45,963 bases of DNA from a virus (taxonomy: Duplodnaviria > Caudoviricetes), in IMG/VR virus record IMGVR_UViG_3300048080_000233, positions 1 to 45,963 of that record; one strand, 5' to 3'. This document shows, piece by piece, positions 17,141 to 26,121 of the stretch; the stretch's first letter is position 1, and each line of letters begins with the position of its first letter. The notes beneath the pieces are model-generated. The model was given only the letters and a program-made list of their open reading frames with translations. It did not search any database and was not told where the DNA came from. Made by a program: the position numbers and the translations under genes.

Positions 17141-17539
17141 ATGGCTTTCACTCCTGTTTCGGCGAAGAACGCCAAGGTCCGGATCGGCGCCACCGTCTAT
17201 ACGGCCCGCCGCTGGAACGTCAACCCCACGGCCGAAGAACTGGACATCACCAATTTCGAGGGTGCTGGATTTGCTGATCGCATTTCTGGCATTGTCGATG
17301 CGGAAATCACGGTCGATGCCGATTGGGACTCGGCGGCCAGCAACTTCGCCAACCCGCCCAACATCGTGACAGGCCAGACGCTTTTGAACGTGAAACTCTT
17401 CCTCAATGACACCACGGGGGCATTCTGGAATTTCCCGAGCGTTCTCGTCACCACAACCCCTGTAACGGCCGAAGTGCGGGGCAAGGTCGAGGTGTCGTTC
17501 ACGGCCAAATCCAAGGGCATATTTACCTATCCGGCATAG
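17141..17539 (+). CDS. Minimal tail tube protein
   Basis: WNVNPTAEELDITNF...ISGIVDAEITV...VEVSFTAKSKG. Confidence 0.75.
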   Translation: MAFTPVSAKNAKVRIGATVYTARRWNVNPTAEELDITNFEGAGFADRISGIVDAEITVDADWDSAASNFANPPNIVTGQTLLNVKLFLNDTTGAFWNFPSVLVTTTPVTAEVRGKVEVSFTAKSKGIFTYPA

Positions 17540-17542
17540 TTT

Positions 17543-17977
17543 ATGGGTGAAATTAGTCGAGCACTGGGGAATGGTTCCACGCTTCAATTTCGGGGCAAGA
17601 CTTACCGGCTCGCTCCCTGGAGTTACGACATCCAGGCGGAGTTTGAGCAACACCTGGAACAGAAGGCGTGGGAGACCTACCTCCGGGCAACCAAGTGTCT
17701 GCCCAAGGAGGAAGTCGATGCCCTGCGGGCGCAGACGAGTCGGGACATCACGGCCGGAGTCTACAGCTTTGGGGCCCAGGTGTCGGTTACGTCGCTCAGC
17801 GCGCTGCCGCATCTGAAGCATCTGGTGTGGATGCTGCTGGAGCGGGAGCATCCGGAGGTCACGCCGATGCTGGTCCAGGAGATGCTCCAGGAGGACCAGG
17901 CGGAGGTATTTCGGGCGATCGACGAGGCCAATGCCGACCCTTTTGGGAAGAAGCCGGCAGCGGCGGCGAGCACGTAA
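17543..17977 (+). CDS. Tail assembly chaperone (gpG-like)
   Basis: Between tube and tape measure; slippery C CCT TTT at 17938-17944. Confidence 0.75.
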   Translation: MGEISRALGNGSTLQFRGKTYRLAPWSYDIQAEFEQHLEQKAWETYLRATKCLPKEEVDALRAQTSRDITAGVYSFGAQVSVTSLSALPHLKHLVWMLLEREHPEVTPMLVQEMLQEDQAEVFRAIDEANADPFGKKPAAAAST

Positions 17978-18231
17978 GTTTCGATCGGATCTGTTCGGTG
18001 CTGGTCCGAGAGCCGTTTAACCTCACCCTCCAGGAGATTGGCCGCCTGACCCCATACCAGGCTCGCAACATCTACTTCCGAGGCGAGGAGCGGGATCGCT
18101 CGCAACCAAAGCGGCAGCAGCCCTATCGGGACGTCTTCTGGGCCGTGTGGAAACGGCGCGGGTTGAAGGATCACCAAATAGAGCTGCAATGGCAGCAGTA
18201 CCAGAGGGAGCAGGGCAATGGCGGGACCTAA
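17938..18231 (+). CDS. -1 frameshift extension of the chaperone (gpGT-like)
   Basis: -1 frame open from CCCTTTT to 18231 (PFWEEAG...LQEIGRLTPYQ...). Confidence 0.7.
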   Translation, partial: PFWEEAGSGGEHVSFDRICSVLVREPFNLTLQEIGRLTPYQARNIYFRGEERDRSQPKRQQPYRDVFWAVWKRRGLKDHQIELQWQQYQREQGNGGT

Positions 18232-19345
18232 TATCCCACTCGGCACAGCATTTGTCACCATCGGCCTGCGCGGCTCGCTGCAAAGGCAGCTGGAGCGAGA
18301 GCGTCAGTTGGCTGAGCGGGCCACTCGGCTGCTTCAAGATCGCATCAGCGAGTTCACCGCCGCGTCGGCTCGGATTTTCTTGACCGGCGCCGCAGCCATC
18401 ACGGGCTTCGTTGCCTCGGCTTCGCCGGATGCGATCAACACTTTCACGGGGTCGATTCGGCTGCTGTCGGGCGAGATTGGACGAGCGTTTATTCCAGCGT
18501 TCACGAAGGCAATTGCAGTGATCCAGGGGGCCAGGAACTATATCCGCGGCATGAGCGACGAGACCAAGGAGAACATCGTCAAGTGGAATCTGTGGGTCCT
18601 TGGGATCACGGGGGCGATCTTTGTTGCGAGCAAACTGATTGCCGTGCTGATGGGTCTGGTCCCGGTGATAAAACTCATCGGCTCAGCTCTGCTGCTGTTG
18701 GGGGCTCATCCCGCGATTGCTGGAATTTTGCTTTTGGCAACGGCCGTTGGAGTTCTAGCCGTGAAGCTGGCGGGGCTGCGGGCTGAAGCGGAAGCCTATC
18801 AGAAGACGAAAACCACGTCGGCGACCGTGCAGCAGGTCGCCGAAGATAAAGAAGTCAAGGGCATTCTCGGCAGTTCCAAAACGACTGATGAGAAAAAGCG
18901 CTTGATCCAGGAGCGTATCGGCCTGCTTGAGCAGGAAAAGGAACAGGCGCGCGCAGAGCTGAAAGGCACACTCGGCCGAGATCCAGTGAATGTGGTGAAG
19001 AGCTTGCTGACTGGCTTTGCGGCCCAAGAAGTTGCCAAGGACAAGGTCGTGGCATTGCAAAAGCGTATCCAGACCTTCAAGGGAGCTAGGGATATTTTGG
19101 AAGGCAAACAATTGCCGAGCGAGAAGAAAGACAAAATCGTGACCTCCATCTCGGGGCCTACGCCACAGTTCTTGGCCATCGACCAGATAAGCAAATCATT
19201 CCAGCTGGCAGCATTGCAGAGTCCCATTGAAGCAGAAAAACTCGCAATGGAGATCCAGAATAATTCGTATTTTCAGCAGACCGCCGCCAACACGGCAGTG
19301 ATCGCTCAGTCCCTCCCAGTCTTGAACCTCGGAGCCGGGAGGTGA
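18218..19345 (+). CDS. Tape measure protein (short, 375 aa)
   Basis: LGTAFVTIG N-terminus, helical, central hydrophobic segments; position after chaperones. Confidence 0.75.
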   Translation: MAGPNIPLGTAFVTIGLRGSLQRQLERERQLAERATRLLQDRISEFTAASARIFLTGAAAITGFVASASPDAINTFTGSIRLLSGEIGRAFIPAFTKAIAVIQGARNYIRGMSDETKENIVKWNLWVLGITGAIFVASKLIAVLMGLVPVIKLIGSALLLLGAHPAIAGILLLATAVGVLAVKLAGLRAEAEAYQKTKTTSATVQQVAEDKEVKGILGSSKTTDEKKRLIQERIGLLEQEKEQARAELKGTLGRDPVNVVKSLLTGFAAQEVAKDKVVALQKRIQTFKGARDILEGKQLPSEKKDKIVTSISGPTPQFLAIDQISKSFQLAALQSPIEAEKLAMEIQNNSYFQQTAANTAVIAQSLPVLNLGAGR

Positions 19346-20272
19346 GTGGTGGCGATCTTCCGCGGCATCACATTTATCGAGCATGTTCCCGGGTCGCCGA
19401 TCGAGATTCTGGAGAATGACGGCGCCCGCGTGACCCGCATGCTCGATTGCGACTGGACCAAGAGCTTGAGCTTCGCCGACAAGCTGCTCGGCTTTCCCAG
19501 CATCAAGACCGGGACCGGCAACATCAAGTACGTGTCGCGCCTCACCCCGGCGTTTCACCCAGACTTTCTCGACGCGATGGGCAATCCGTGGATTTACGCG
19601 ACACGGATCACCAAGCTGGAGGGTATCGGTTTCCGGGACAAGACCACGGACGACACCGCCGTCTACAAGACCGGACGACTAACCGTCGTGTACGAGAGCC
19701 TGACGTACGAGGTCAAGGAAGATGACGAGGTACAGGCTGCCGGGGTGCCGGATGAGTCCAGGCTGCTGCGTTACGTGACGATTCTGTTCAAGCCATATGC
19801 CGAGTTCCTCACGCTGCCGGTCGGATTCATGAGGTGGATCACGGCGGATAAGCAGCCCGTGAATTTCGGGTTGCCGCTATTGATTCCAACATGGCAGATT
19901 GACTTCATCTGGCACCTGATCCCGAAGACCAACCTACCACTCGCCAAGATCGCCGACGCCCAGGGAACCATCAACAACGCTGCTTTCGTCACGCCACTGG
20001 GGACGTTTCCGACCGGCACGCTGCTGCTGCTGAATGCGGACCTGAAACCAATTCGCTCGGCCCTGGGGGATCGTCTGTATGACATCCACTATCATGTGAA
20101 ATACAAGGAACCGATTCTGGGAGGTGGGGGCGACCACAATTTCTTCCTGCGGCGCAAGGGCACAGCACCCAACGAGACGCTCAGTTGGGAACTTGCGACC
20201 GCCAATGGATTGTCGACCGGGGACAGACTTTTCAAGAGCACGGATTTCAAGCTGCTATTTAAGCCAGCCTAA
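19346..20272 (+). CDS. Tail tip/distal tail protein (putative)
   Basis: 308 aa immediately after the tape measure. Confidence 0.6.
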   Translation: MVAIFRGITFIEHVPGSPIEILENDGARVTRMLDCDWTKSLSFADKLLGFPSIKTGTGNIKYVSRLTPAFHPDFLDAMGNPWIYATRITKLEGIGFRDKTTDDTAVYKTGRLTVVYESLTYEVKEDDEVQAAGVPDESRLLRYVTILFKPYAEFLTLPVGFMRWITADKQPVNFGLPLLIPTWQIDFIWHLIPKTNLPLAKIADAQGTINNAAFVTPLGTFPTGTLLLLNADLKPIRSALGDRLYDIHYHVKYKEPILGGGGDHNFFLRRKGTAPNETLSWELATANGLSTGDRLFKSTDFKLLFKPA

Positions 20273-20854
20273 CATGGTGTTCTTGGAGGGGGACTCCCCC
20301 CTGAGTTTTTTTATGCTCTGGCTCCAGGCAAAGTCCTGCCGAGTGCTGGCCGACACGGCATCGACGGAGATAACTTGGCAATGAGTGAAAACGAGGCGGT
20401 CGTATTGCTCTCCTCTAAATGCACCCAAAATCTTGATCTCATGATCGGGGATGAGTTTCGCCAACTGTGGCCGGTGGCTGGCATCGAAATAACAGAACCC
20501 GAAGTGTCCTTTGTAATCATCCAGAACGATGCCACTAATTTCCTGGTCCAGAGAGCTGGGGATTAAGGAGATGCGGCCGATGATATAGAGCTGCTTATCC
20601 AGGTAGTTATCATAGAGGGCGATCTGATTGGTCCGATAGGCAGCAAAGAGATCATTGAGGTTGAATGTAAGAATGGGGATTGTGCTGGGACGTGGAGCTT
20701 GGACTGACGGCTCAGGTTCGGCCGGCTCTGCTAGGACGGGGGCTGTTTTCTGTTCGGCCGGCAGTGATTGATGAGTCCACCAAAAGCCTGAGATCGCCAG
20801 ACTGGCGCCGAGCACACAGCAGCCCATGGTGAGGAAAGCATTGTCTCGTTGCAT
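20255..20854 (-). CDS. Membrane-anchored OB-fold (tRNA_anti-like) protein; moron
   Basis: N-terminal TM, Pro-rich linker, LFAAYRTNQIALYDNYLDKQLYIIGRI...IKILG; only credible minus-strand gene. Confidence 0.7.
   Translation of the reverse strand: MQRDNAFLTMGCCVLGASLAISGFWWTHQSLPAEQKTAPVLAEPAEPEPSVQAPRPSTIPILTFNLNDLFAAYRTNQIALYDNYLDKQLYIIGRISLIPSSLDQEISGIVLDDYKGHFGFCYFDASHRPQLAKLIPDHEIKILGAFRGEQYDRLVFTHCQVISVDAVSASTRQDFAWSQSIKKLRGESPSKNTMLGWLK
20282..20312 (+). terminator. Intrinsic terminator
   Basis: AGGGGG-ACTC-CCCCCT stem followed by T7. Confidence 0.6.
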
Positions 20855-20970
20855 GGTTGTTCTCCTAGCTGGCCAGTCCCAGGATCACGGGACGACAGTT
20901 GAAGTGCAAGCGCTTTCGGGAAGTTTGGTCCAGAAAATCCAGTAAGCGGCGCAAACTTTGAGGGTTGGGT

Positions 20971-23034
20971 ATGACGGTCCGGCAGTTTAGGGAATTTGAG
21001 GAAGGGCAACGGCCCTCGTCCGAGGAAATGAACCGGCTGACCGGACTAGTGGATTCATTCACCACGTTCACGGCGCCGGCGAGTTTCAACGACGTCACGG
21101 GCCTACACCTCCGCGAGGCAGACCGCAGCCGGATTCTGGCCAAGATCACGGGGGTTCTTGGCAGCGCCTACTCGTGGGTCGAGATGCAGGGTGATGGCAC
21201 AGGCACGGGCGTTACCCAGGTGCTGGACGGCGGCCTGTCCGGCAGTACGACGGTCAATCCGGCCTACGAGGTGGCCGGCAGTACCACGGTGGCGACGAAC
21301 AGCATTGTGGAGCTGTTCCTGGGCAATGGCGAGTTCTGGTACTTCACGCAGCCCTCCGCCGGCACCCTGACAGTTCGCGAGGTCGATCTCGGCCCGACCG
21401 TCACGATGGTCACCACGCTGGAATTCGACCAGGTGGACGGCTACGTGGTCAGCACGCCTTCGGCCGGGGTGGCCCGGATCGACCACGCGGATGCTTCGGC
21501 GACCCAGCGGGGGATCGTGTCGCTGACGGCTCAGACGTTGGGCGACGGTGAAAAAAGGTTTGACGACACGGTGGTGATGAAGGCTGAGAACGCAATTAAT
21601 TGGCGGGTCACAATCGGCACGCCTGCAACTTCAATCGGCAGTATAAATATCGGTAGTTTTGCCCCCGGAGACAACGAATTTACCCTGGTCGTGATTGATC
21701 TTGCCGGCAGTTCAGCCAATGCGAGTTTTTACGACACCATTACAGGTATGGTATTTGAGATTCGTCAGGCTGGAAAGATTGCGCGTTACGCTACCACCAG
21801 TGCGATAGGGGTAACGCTCTTCGGTGTCCAATCTCAGGATGCCATGGTTTCGGTGGACGTTCGCGGCGGTATCGTGGTCAGCGGTCTCACGACCCTACCG
21901 GTTGGTAGTGGTGGCACCGGGGCTACCTCCCTGACCGCCAACGGCGTCATCTTGGGCAACGGCACCTCCGCCGTCCAGGTCACGGCCGCCGGCACCACGG
22001 GGCTGGTCCTGACCGGCACCACGGGGTCGGCCCCCACGTTCCAGGCGCTCGTCGAAGCTTCCCTGACCGCGAAGGGAATCGTCAACCTCTCGGACCAGAT
22101 TCTCGGTGCTGGCAACAAGGCCGTCTTCTCTCTCGGGATCGGGACCGGAGCCTCACTGGCGATTGCAGGCGTGACGTTGGAGCAGCTGGGGAAAAGCTAC
22201 TTTGAGAATGACATTTGGATCAAGCACACCCAGGCCATCGTCGTGTACAACGGCGGCGTGACGACCCAGCGGATCGAGACGAATTCCACCTTGGGGCAAT
22301 GGAAGCTCCAAGTCGCCGACGGCGGCAGCTCGATGTTCCTCTCCATCCAGGCGTTCGCTGGCGTCAAGGGGTGCGACCTCACCCACAACGACGGTTCGAC
22401 GGTGCCGCGATTCAGCGTCAACGGGACGCTCGGGGACGCGGGCGCTACCTATGCGAATCCCACGTCGATTGTGACCAAGGGCGGGATCGTGACTTCCTGC
22501 GTGGCGGGCAGCCCCGGCAAGGGCACCGTCACGGCTTTCACCGCCACCGCGACCGCCACCGTGGCGAGCACTACCGAAGCTACTCTGATTGGCTCCGGGG
22601 TCGGGTCACTGACGTTCGCGGCCAACAGCTTGACCGCCGGCAAGACGATCCGCATCCGGGCCCGCGGGTTTTGGAGCACGGATGCCGTCACCGCTGGAAC
22701 CATGCGCTGGCGGGTGAAGCTCGGCGCCACCACGGTGCTCGACACGGGGGCCATTACTCCCACTATTGCGATATCGAATTCGCTTTGGCAACTGGACGCG
22801 GAGATTACCTGCCGGACCACTGGGGCCTCGGGGACCGTCTTTGGCCAGGGGTATGCGGATCGCCAAGAGGCGGCCGGGGTGGCGTTCTTGACGTCGGCGA
22901 TGGTCAACACGTCGACGACGACGATCGATACCACGGCTTCGCAGATCCTGGACGTGACCTTTGTCTGGGGGGTGGTGAACGATCCGGACAACACGATAAG
23001 TTCAACCAATGTTTCTGTTGAAACTCTCAATTAG
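20971..23034 (+). CDS. Tail fibre/receptor-binding protein
   Basis: T/G/A-rich; LPVGSGGTGATSLTANGVILGNGTSAV fibre motif; internal repeats. Confidence 0.75.
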   Translation: MTVRQFREFEEGQRPSSEEMNRLTGLVDSFTTFTAPASFNDVTGLHLREADRSRILAKITGVLGSAYSWVEMQGDGTGTGVTQVLDGGLSGSTTVNPAYEVAGSTTVATNSIVELFLGNGEFWYFTQPSAGTLTVREVDLGPTVTMVTTLEFDQVDGYVVSTPSAGVARIDHADASATQRGIVSLTAQTLGDGEKRFDDTVVMKAENAINWRVTIGTPATSIGSINIGSFAPGDNEFTLVVIDLAGSSANASFYDTITGMVFEIRQAGKIARYATTSAIGVTLFGVQSQDAMVSVDVRGGIVVSGLTTLPVGSGGTGATSLTANGVILGNGTSAVQVTAAGTTGLVLTGTTGSAPTFQALVEASLTAKGIVNLSDQILGAGNKAVFSLGIGTGASLAIAGVTLEQLGKSYFENDIWIKHTQAIVVYNGGVTTQRIETNSTLGQWKLQVADGGSSMFLSIQAFAGVKGCDLTHNDGSTVPRFSVNGTLGDAGATYANPTSIVTKGGIVTSCVAGSPGKGTVTAFTATATATVASTTEATLIGSGVGSLTFAANSLTAGKTIRIRARGFWSTDAVTAGTMRWRVKLGATTVLDTGAITPTIAISNSLWQLDAEITCRTTGASGTVFGQGYADRQEAAGVAFLTSAMVNTSTTTIDTTASQILDVTFVWGVVNDPDNTISSTNVSVETLN

Positions 23035-23042
23035 CCCATGAG

Positions 23043-23432
23043 GTGATGATGCCAGCCCAGATCGACTACGTGCAGCTGGTGCAGCAGTTTGGCATCATGG
23101 GAGCGCTCTTGGTGAGCGTCCTGGTGGCGATCTATCGCATGGGCAAATGGCTGGCCGCGAACGTGGTGAAGCCGCTGGCAGATCGGCACCTGGTCTTTAT
23201 CGAGCGCATCGAGAAGGTACAGGTTGAGCAAAGCGCAACCCTCCAGTCCATCGCCAAGACTCAGGAACGGCTAACGGAAATGAAGCGTGATGAGATCGAT
23301 CAGTTAAAGGCGATTCGCGCGATTGTTTTGGAAACCAAGGAAGACCAGATCCGGGGCCGTACCACGGCAGTGCAGCAGATCCAGGAGGAGCACGCGGAGA
23401 TTTTGCGGCGGCTGCCGCAGCAGCAACCATAG
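23043..23432 (+). CDS. Putative holin (single TM plus coiled coil)
   Basis: LVQQFGIMGALLVSVLVAIY TM, charged C-terminus; follows tail fibre. Confidence 0.55.
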   Translation: MMMPAQIDYVQLVQQFGIMGALLVSVLVAIYRMGKWLAANVVKPLADRHLVFIERIEKVQVEQSATLQSIAKTQERLTEMKRDEIDQLKAIRAIVLETKEDQIRGRTTAVQQIQEEHAEILRRLPQQQP

Positions 23433-23449
23433 CCGCACGGGTGGCGGCA

Positions 23450-23488
23450 GGGCCGGGAGGCTTCCACGTTCGCCCCCGGCCCGTTTTG
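23450..23488 (+). terminator. Terminator-like hairpin after holin
   Basis: GGGCCGGG...CCCGGCCC followed by GTTTTG. Confidence 0.45.
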
Positions 23489-23497
23489 CTTCCTCGC

Positions 23498-23526
23498 TTG
23501 CAAACCGGCTTCCTCCTGAAGATAAT
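23498..23526 (+). promoter_or_regulatory. Promoter (leaderless) for the ParB-like gene
   Basis: TTGCAA-17-GATAAT, 6 nt to ATG 23533. Confidence 0.55.
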
Positions 23527-23532
23527 AGCGCC

Positions 23533-24357
23533 ATGACTGCGACAACAAAAAACCTAACGTTTGAAGAAATTCGCATAAACAAGCGTCACCGCAAAGATCT
23601 TGGCGACATCGCTGGGTTGGCGGCCAGCATTGCCAAGGTGGGTCTGCTGCACGCGCTGGTCCTCAACACCAAGCACGAGCTGATCGCCGGCGAACGCCGT
23701 CTCGCAGCGGTCAAGACGCTCGGTTGGACCAAGGTTCCGGTTCACGTCGTGGCTTCGCTGGACGACGCAGCCATGGCGCTGGCGGCGGAGCGCGACGAGA
23801 ACGAATGCCGCAAAGCGTTCACACCCTTCGAGGCGCTAGCGCTGGGGCGAGAGCTGGAGAAGCTTGAAAAGCCAAAGGCCGATCAAAGACAAAAAGCAGG
23901 GAAGAAACCTCTGGAGAATTCCTCCACAGGTAATGGAGATGCGAGTAGCAGAAGAACACGCGACCAGGTCGGTGCCGCTCTGGGCATGCATGGCACGACC
24001 TACGAGAAGGCCAAGTTCGTCGCCGACAAGGCCGAGGAGAATCCGAAGCTGTACGCCGAGTTCGCCGAGCAGATGGAGCGCACGGGCAAGGTGGACCCGG
24101 CCTACCGCAAGGCGAAACGGCAGACTGCTTTTGGGCACGTGCCCATCTCTGAGACCCGGATCGAGCGGACGGGAGGGGACGCTTTGGAAGATGTCCTGAT
24201 GTCCCTGAATCGGCGTCTGCTTGGCATTGAACACCATTATGGCACTTGGAAAGAGATTGCCGCAGCTCTTGGTGAGGAGGAGCGCCAGGGACTTAGAGAA
24301 ATCACCTTGGCTGCCTCCGTTCGCCATCTCCAAAGCATTATCAAGGAGTTGTCATGA
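23533..24357 (+). CDS. ParB/Srx N-terminal domain protein with HTH
   Basis: RHRKDLGDIAGLAASIAKVGLLH...LIAGERRLAAVKTLGW...ENECRKAFTP. Confidence 0.85.
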   Translation: MTATTKNLTFEEIRINKRHRKDLGDIAGLAASIAKVGLLHALVLNTKHELIAGERRLAAVKTLGWTKVPVHVVASLDDAAMALAAERDENECRKAFTPFEALALGRELEKLEKPKADQRQKAGKKPLENSSTGNGDASSRRTRDQVGAALGMHGTTYEKAKFVADKAEENPKLYAEFAEQMERTGKVDPAYRKAKRQTAFGHVPISETRIERTGGDALEDVLMSLNRRLLGIEHHYGTWKEIAAALGEEERQGLREITLAASVRHLQSIIKELS

Positions 24358-24827
24358 GGAAGACGACAAAAACTCAACCCAATCTAAACCACCGGCAAGC
24401 ACTTGCTCATGCGGTTCATGAAGCCGGACAGGACCTTGCTCTTCTGACCATCACCAAACTCGTCGATTTGGCCCGTAATGCGGGCATCATTCCTGAGGAA
24501 ATTGGGGCGAATGCTTTGTGGCTGGCCCACAGCGAATGGGTGCGGCACGCAGCCGGCTATCACGACCCCGAGGAAGTTCCGGAATTCTTCAACGTCAAGA
24601 TCGAGGATACGGTACCTGGGGAAGAGGATGGCGAGGAAGAGAAGATCATAATGGTTCAGGGCTACAAGTTTTCAGAAACTCTGAACCAAGAGGAATGGGA
24701 TCAGGTGCTGGATACCTACAAAAAAGGCTGGAAGACGAAAAAGAAGCTCTATATCAAGATAGTAAAATTGCGCAATGAATACGCCGTGCAAAATGGTTGG
24801 CCATTGATTCCAGTTCCCAGGGGATAA
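24354..24827 (+). CDS. Hypothetical protein coupled to the ParB-like gene
   Basis: ATGA overlap, AAGGAG SD, lower GC. Confidence 0.65.
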   Translation: MRKTTKTQPNLNHRQALAHAVHEAGQDLALLTITKLVDLARNAGIIPEEIGANALWLAHSEWVRHAAGYHDPEEVPEFFNVKIEDTVPGEEDGEEEKIIMVQGYKFSETLNQEEWDQVLDTYKKGWKTKKKLYIKIVKLRNEYAVQNGWPLIPVPRG

Positions 24828-24838
24828 TTCCTTGTCTC

Positions 24839-24867
24839 TTGCAATCCTCTTCTCTCCTGGAGATAAT
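24839..24867 (+). promoter_or_regulatory. Promoter upstream of the protease gene
   Basis: TTGCAA-17-GATAAT, sharing CTCCTGRA before the -10 with 23498-23526. Confidence 0.55.
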
Positions 24868-24897
24868 GATCCCTGAACGTGGCAGGAGAAATCCCGC

Positions 24898-26121
24898 TTG
24901 CTCCGCGCTGCGTTCATGCCTTGGCTGGCACTTGCACTTCTCCTCTGGACCCATCCGGCTCCGGGCCAATCGTGCCCTACCTGCCCCTCCCCGGGGCAGT
25001 TCCGTGCCCCAGCTCCTCCCGTGGTCCGTGAGTCCCGCGAGCCCTTGGCCGCCCAGGCGGACCCGCGGCTTGTAGCCGCAAGCGTCCATGTCACGAACAG
25101 TCTGGGCGGCCATATCTCCGGGGGCTCCGGGACCTGCGTGGCCGTGGAGGGAGATCGGGCGCTCGTGTTGACTTGCAGGCATCTGTTCCCGGCAGGCCGC
25201 GCCGGGCGGGTAGCCGTTAGATTCCCGTCCGGACGCGGTTTCCAGGCCACGCTCATCGGCGTGGATGACCGCGCCGACCTCGCCGCGCTCGCCATCGCGG
25301 CCGACGCCTCGACCCCATGGGTGCCGATCTCGCCAGCGCCTGCTCGGACGGGGGAGGCTGTCTGGCAGGTCGGTTACCCCCACGGCCAAGGCCCACGCCA
25401 ACGCCAGGGGGCTAGCAACGGGGTCCGGGGTTATGTCGGCGGGACTCCGGTGTCGTCCTTTGCGCTCAATACGACCTCTGGTGATAGTGGGAGCGGGATC
25501 TTCCGCGCCGCCGATTCCACCTTGATCGGTGTCTTGTGGGGCGGGAGTGGCGGCGACACTTCCGCCACCGGAATATCCGACATCAACCGGTTCTTGGAGG
25601 AGCGGTGCTGTCGCTGGTTTTCAGCCTGGCGACGACCTGTTGTCGTGGTGACGCCGTCTCCTCCAGGCCGTGTCCCGGCGCCGGGCGTGATTTCTCCTGT
25701 CACCCCGGCGCCGCCTCCTCCAACCCCTAGCCCGGTTGCCCCGGTGGCCGGGACACCAATCCTTCCAGGTGTCCCCGGCCAACCGGCTCTGGATTACCAA
25801 TTGGTGCTGGCGGAACTACGAAAACTTCAGGAGCAGATCAATGAGCTCAAGACCATTCGATCCGCTCCAGGATCTGCGGGATCAGCTGGTCCGGAAGGTC
25901 CTAGAGGCCCTGCGGGACCATCCGGGCTTCAGGGTCTACCTGGCCGAGGGGGCCCTGCGGGCGATCCAGGAGTCCCCGGACCAGCAGGCCCTGGAGGACC
26001 TGCAGGTACGGCTGGGCGCGCTGCTGACACCACGGCCATCCGCATCGAAATAGACGCTCTGCGGCGAGACTTTGAAGATTTCAAGGCATCGCTCCGTGTG
26101 AAGGTGGTGCCGGTTAAATGA
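24898..26121 (+). CDS. Secreted trypsin-like serine protease with Pro-rich linker, coiled coil and collagen repeat
   Basis: Signal peptide; LTCRH, DLAAL, GDSGSG triad motifs; 17 Gly-X-Y triplets. Confidence 0.85.
   Translation: MLRAAFMPWLALALLLWTHPAPGQSCPTCPSPGQFRAPAPPVVRESREPLAAQADPRLVAASVHVTNSLGGHISGGSGTCVAVEGDRALVLTCRHLFPAGRAGRVAVRFPSGRGFQATLIGVDDRADLAALAIAADASTPWVPISPAPARTGEAVWQVGYPHGQGPRQRQGASNGVRGYVGGTPVSSFALNTTSGDSGSGIFRAADSTLIGVLWGGSGGDTSATGISDINRFLEERCCRWFSAWRRPVVVVTPSPPGRVPAPGVISPVTPAPPPPTPSPVAPVAGTPILPGVPGQPALDYQLVLAELRKLQEQINELKTIRSAPGSAGSAGPEGPRGPAGPSGLQGLPGRGGPAGDPGVPGPAGPGGPAGTAGRAADTTAIRIEIDALRRDFEDFKASLRVKVVPVK

Noticed and set aside
20255-20960. Antisense gene as an invertible segment
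   Set aside because: No flanking inverted repeats and no invertase seen
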